Shown here piece by piece: positions 59,430-64,000 of a stretch of DNA of 64,000 nt; the stretch's first letter is position 1, and each line of letters opens with the position of its first letter. This DNA is from the human T2T-CHM13v2.0 reference genome, Homo sapiens: NCBI RefSeq assembly GCF_009914755.1, contig NC_060925.1; one strand, written 5' to 3'. The notes beneath the pieces were generated by a model. That model was not told the origin of the DNA and made no database searches. It saw only the letters and a list, made by a program, of their open reading frames with translations. The position numbers and the translations under genes are program-made.

Positions 59430-62254
59430 GGTAATTTTCTTTGATAATTTTTATTATATACATATCAGTACTCACAATACGTTGCTTATTTAAGATGGCT
59501 GTTTATAAGTATAAAGCAGTTTGAGCAACACTGATTGTGCATTATTGTACTTCAGATGAAAAATCCTTACATGCGGAATCAATGTCTTTTAAAATTTCAG
59601 ATAAAGAATTTTCATTTGAGGAGACATACAATTGTAAGTGCTCATTTTTTGTCAATTTTAAGACACCATTATGTGTAAGAAGGATTAATTTTACCATAAA
59701 ATTACAAACACCCTCCATGTCTTGACATTCACATGAAAGAACAGCATAACATTAATCATCCAAATGCATATCAGAGCAAACTCTAGGCCTTAGTGTGAGG
59801 TGAACACGGTAACTGCTACATTATGGAAATCGGTTGGGCCTTAGTTAAATATTGTAGTATTTTTAAAATTTGTATATTGAAAAAGACAAAATGAGCTGTT
59901 AAGTGATAAACAGCTTACTCAATTTAGCATAACTTTAATTTAGAAATGGAATAGTGAAATTAAAAAAAGCATATGAAGCAGATAAACAGTATGTCTTTAG
60001 AAATATTAAAGATTTTTACTCTGTTTACAAGTTTTGCTTTTTTGGTTATGCCTCTTAAATATCTGTCTTTTTACTTTGTCTATAAAAATAATTGTCCTTA
60101 GTATTCCTAAATTCTTTTCCAAATAAAGCAATTATCGTTTTTATATGGTAAGAAGTTACTGAATCATAGGTTTAAGATCAGTGGCACAAATCATACATGT
60201 AGAAGATTATGTAACAAATTCATTGTTAGGTAAGGAGTCAGAGAGTACAGTACAGTAACAGCCATACAGGAGAGGTAGAATTCTTAATCACAGTTTTATA
60301 GAAAAGATGCAGTAGTTTATATCTGTACCCTGCTTTATTAGTTATGGTACTGTAAATTTGCTTCTCATTGCAAATTTAACAGCGCAAAAGGGAGGGGTAT
60401 TCATAGGCAAGGATCTTATTGACCTTTGTTCTGCAAGTGTTGCAGAGGATACCCCTAGACACCTGAAGCATTTTCTTGGCCAATTAAGGTAATTGATCAT
60501 ATACGGCATTTACCTCATTTTTAAAAACCTTGCCAGTAGGGAAATCTAAGCTGCTCTTCTCCCAGGGGCCTAAGAGGGAAATGTATCTCTTTTTATACTA
60601 CTATGAGTGTAAATGAAATCACTCTCTGGTTATCATTATTGCTCATCAAGAATTCCAGCATTACTAACCTGTTGAGGGGTTCTATACCCCAAATTTTAAG
60701 TTTGTTTCTAACTCACAATGTAGTCATAAACAACGTTATAAATGGGCATAACTTAAAAATTATAGTTCATTCATGATGAAGTTAAATTACTAGTACTTGA
60801 GTAAGACCCCCATAGACTTCAAAAAGCTAGATGGCAGAAACTTTGTTGTATATATGGGTTATTCACATTTAGGTGTTTAAAACTTGGGAGTCTATGTTTC
60901 TAATCCTTACTTCAACATCAATAAATAAAGTGTTCAGAAAGGCCATTTTAATAAAAGTTGTTATAATAAAAATTTTTAATAAATATGTACACCCAGTGCT
61001 AAACCTTACAGTAGGGCTTACATTTTATAAAATGTACCTGCTTACAAAAATAATTCAAACCAGAATTCTTGTAGAAAATAAAAACCTACAGCCAAAGTTT
61101 CTTCCAGCTAACTGGAAATTAATCATCTCCTTTGATTTATGTTATGAGTAGGATGTCATGATGAGCCAGTCAGATTCTAGATATTTATTTATAGTTCTAC
61201 TTAAGTGAATTTTATTTTGGATTAGGTTTTCTCAAGTTTTTCTAAATTCTTTCCTGTTTCTGATAATTCTTAGAGCTCAGAAAAGGAGATATTTATTTAT
61301 GGTAGGCCCAGATCATTTTAGCAATATTTCCTTCATAACTGCTGGTAATAATGAATTATCCAAGTCAGCAATCATGTTAAAATTAACATAACATGATTAT
61401 TAACTGTTGACAGATATTAACTTGACAGATACTATTAAAAATAAACTTATTTTACCTCACATTTAATTTTAAAATCCTACACTTTAGTTAAGGGTTAGAG
61501 AAAATGTGTCCCTATGGAGGAGGAAGCTTTTAAACTATATTCTTCATTTCAAAGAGAAAACATGTCCTAATTTTAGTAAGTGTAACTTTGTGTTTTTAAG
61601 AATCGTGAAAATGTCAGCTTTTGGGAATGTAAGCAAAGTACAAAGACTAATGCTTTCTGCTAATATGTTACACTGAAATGTATTTGGTTATAAAAATCTC
61701 AAAAACCTAATTGTATTTCAAAGCTATTATTCTATTTACATTATAGGAGAGATGCATATGTAAATAGAGAAAAGTTGGGCTTTTGTAGTCTAAAGATTTA
61801 TTCAATCCATCATTAGGTAATTCTCAGGTGATTTATAACTTAAAACTGAAAACTTCCACAGTTAATTTGTAACTGCCGCATTTACAAAAAAGTTCTGGGT
61901 AATAGAACCTGTTAAAAACAGACTGGTGTTGCAATTAGGCCCAATACTCATTTATTTAAATCACCTAAGACATTTGCAAAATTTTTCAAAGTTAGGAAAA
62001 TGCAGTTATTAATATGGCTTCATTCAGTTAAACCTATATTCTGCAAAATATTCCTGTTACACACTTAAGTACAACTGGATCAGCAGGATTACTTGCACAG
62101 AAAGTGAAGACTTAATTTTCACATTAAAATTATACCTGTTTCCTACTTTTATATCTCAAAATATTTTGGAGAAGACCATTAATGGTCTTGACTGTAACAG
62201 TTTATTGCATTTTTATGCCTCATTTTTCAATGTTACGTACTCTAGTTTGGAGTT
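59430..62254 (-). other. TMED5: TMED5 3'UTR (repeat-poor core; may extend further left)
   Basis: Repeat-poor AT-rich sequence downstream of the TMED5 stop. Minus-strand AATAAA at 62201, 61951, 61797, 61292, 61184, 60334 and 59450. Confidence 0.6.
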
Positions 62255-62473
62255 TTAAGTTCTACTTTTCCTCTTATCTTCAAACAGACTCTTCAGCATA
62301 TAAACTTGAATGGCTGACACCACCACCATGACCACTAAATTAACCATAGACCAGAAATTGACTCTATCAAAGTTGCTTTCTTGTATGTTTCGATCACGAG
62401 CTTCAAATGCTCTAAGCAGAATTTGTATGTGCCCACTTTTGCTTAGTCTGGACTTGATGCTGTTGATGGATTC
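62255..62473 (-). CDS. TMED5: TMED5 last exon coding part (coiled coil, TM helix, cytosolic tail)
   Basis: atctccag|GAA TCC... encodes ESINSIKSRLSKSGHIQILLRAFEARDRNIQESNFDRVNFWSMVNLVVMVVVSAIQVYMLKSLFEDKRKSRT*, a typical p24/emp24 C-terminus. 219 nt. Confidence 0.96.
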   Translation of the reverse strand, partial: ESINSIKSRLSKSGHIQILLRAFEARDRNIQESNFDRVNFWSMVNLVVMVVVSAIQVYMLKSLFEDKRKSRT

Positions 62474-62540
62474 CTGGAGATAAATAAAATAATTTTATTA
62501 TTAAAGAATGCTCAGAAATTTTAACTTAATTAAAAAATGA

Positions 62541-62821
<281 letters not shown>

Positions 62822-63620
62822 GTTTTTTTCAAAATATGCTTTATGTTTTTTATCCAAACACAATTTTAAGTTAGATGGCTGCACAATTCAATTAAAGGGC
62901 AGGTACTATTTATATTACATTAGAGATTCTCTGTAAGGTTATATAATAGTTCTCCTGACATATTTATATTGTTTATAAGTAGTTATTTAACAAGGGAACA
63001 AAGCTACTGTGAATTGAAAATAGGTAACATGAAATTATTCTGAGTGGCATAGCATCAGGAGTTTTACGTACATTATCTCTTTCTTAGTCCTCACACAACC
63101 AAAGGAAATGACTAAGGTTTTTTTTTTTTTTTTTTTTGTCGGGGGATGGAGTTTGCCTAGGCACAATCTCGGCTCATTGCAACCTGAGACTGTGCCTGGT
63201 CAAATGATTAAGTTTTTAGAGATGGGGTCTTGCTATATTGGAGTGTAGTATCTATTTATATGTGTGACCATGGTTCACTGCAGCCTTGAACTGGGCTCAA
63301 ATGATCCTCCCCCTAACCTTCTGAGTAGCTGGGATTACAGGTACCTGCTACCATGCCTGGCAAATGATTTCATTTTTAAAAACCCAATTGATATAACTTT
63401 AGGTATTTACCTATTACATAATGCATGTGTTTATAATATTTCCTTCTTTGTATGTTTATCTGAACAATTTAGTATTCAGTAAAACACCCAATGTTTTAAT
63501 ACCACAAAATGGTTGTGAAATTAGAAAACATTTTACTTTTCATATGCCTGCTGTATAATCAGAAGCATAATCTATTTATAATTTAAAAATTCTAACTGCA
63601 CATTTATAAAACAAACTTAC

Positions 63621-63669
63621 CAAGATGCAGTCTTATTTGCACATCTGAAGCTATTTTTATAATAGGGTC
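63621..63669 (-). CDS. TMED5: TMED5 candidate alternative cassette exon (49 nt, frameshifting)
   Basis: cttatcttccag|GAC CCT ATT...CAT CTT G|GTAAGT. Consensus splice sites, and open in the incoming frame (DPIIKIASDVQIRLHL-G). Confidence 0.75.
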
Positions 63670-63884
63670 CTGGAAGATAAGTTATTTGAAAACTATAAAA
63701 GGGCTATATTAATATAAAATAAAATTAAGCTGATACTTGAGGTCAAAGTATTTATGGCAAAAATAAAATATTAGAAACAGATTTTCCTGGATAATGCAGA
63801 TAAAATGCTTAGTTCAGTAACTTATTACCATAGTAAGGCCTCTGGCTGTTAATAATTTTTATTTTATTAGAAGACCATACTGAC

Positions 63885-64000
63885 CAGGATGTCTTCCAGT
63901 TTCATATCCAATATATCTGTGCCAGTAATATATTTCTTCCAATCTTCTTGTTCTTGTGCCTGTTCTCCCATATTATCCAGGATTAATTCAAAGAAAATCA
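63885..64000 (-). CDS. TMED5: TMED5 penultimate coding exon (partial, runs off window end)
   Basis: Reverse complement encodes IFFELILDNMGEQAQEQEDWKKYITGTDILDMKLEDIL. Donor CTG|GTCAGT. Confidence 0.95.

Overview
Human (primate) genomic DNA, AT-rich and Alu-dense, recognised from its translated exons as the MTF2 (PCL2)-TMED5 locus. The + strand carries MTF2 exons 2-15. Exon 1 lies upstream of the window. The 14 coding exons here total 1777 nt, and with an inferred 5-nt ATG-AG from exon 1 they give a 593-aa protein (Tudor, PHD1, PHD2, EH winged-helix, C-terminal chromo-like domain), followed by a ~2 kb 3'UTR. The - strand carries the 3' end of the convergent gene TMED5 (p24 family): part of the penultimate coding exon, a 49-nt frameshifting cassette exon, and the last exon with a long 3'UTR. 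The rest is about 40 Alus, L1/HAL1/L2/MIR/MLT remnants, Tigger1 and Charlie fragments, and a decayed Tigger7 with a nested MER85 piggyBac MITE. Nearly all ORFs in the supplied track are Alu or AT-rich artefacts. I see no evidence of a wholly new gene system. The most interesting signal is the splice architecture around the two Tudor-coding exons: two consecutive GC-AG donors, each with competing GT donors, and frame/ATG logic that routes several alternative outcomes to a Tudor-less protein. Exon coordinates were checked base by base. Repeat boundaries and subfamily names are approximate, by eye.
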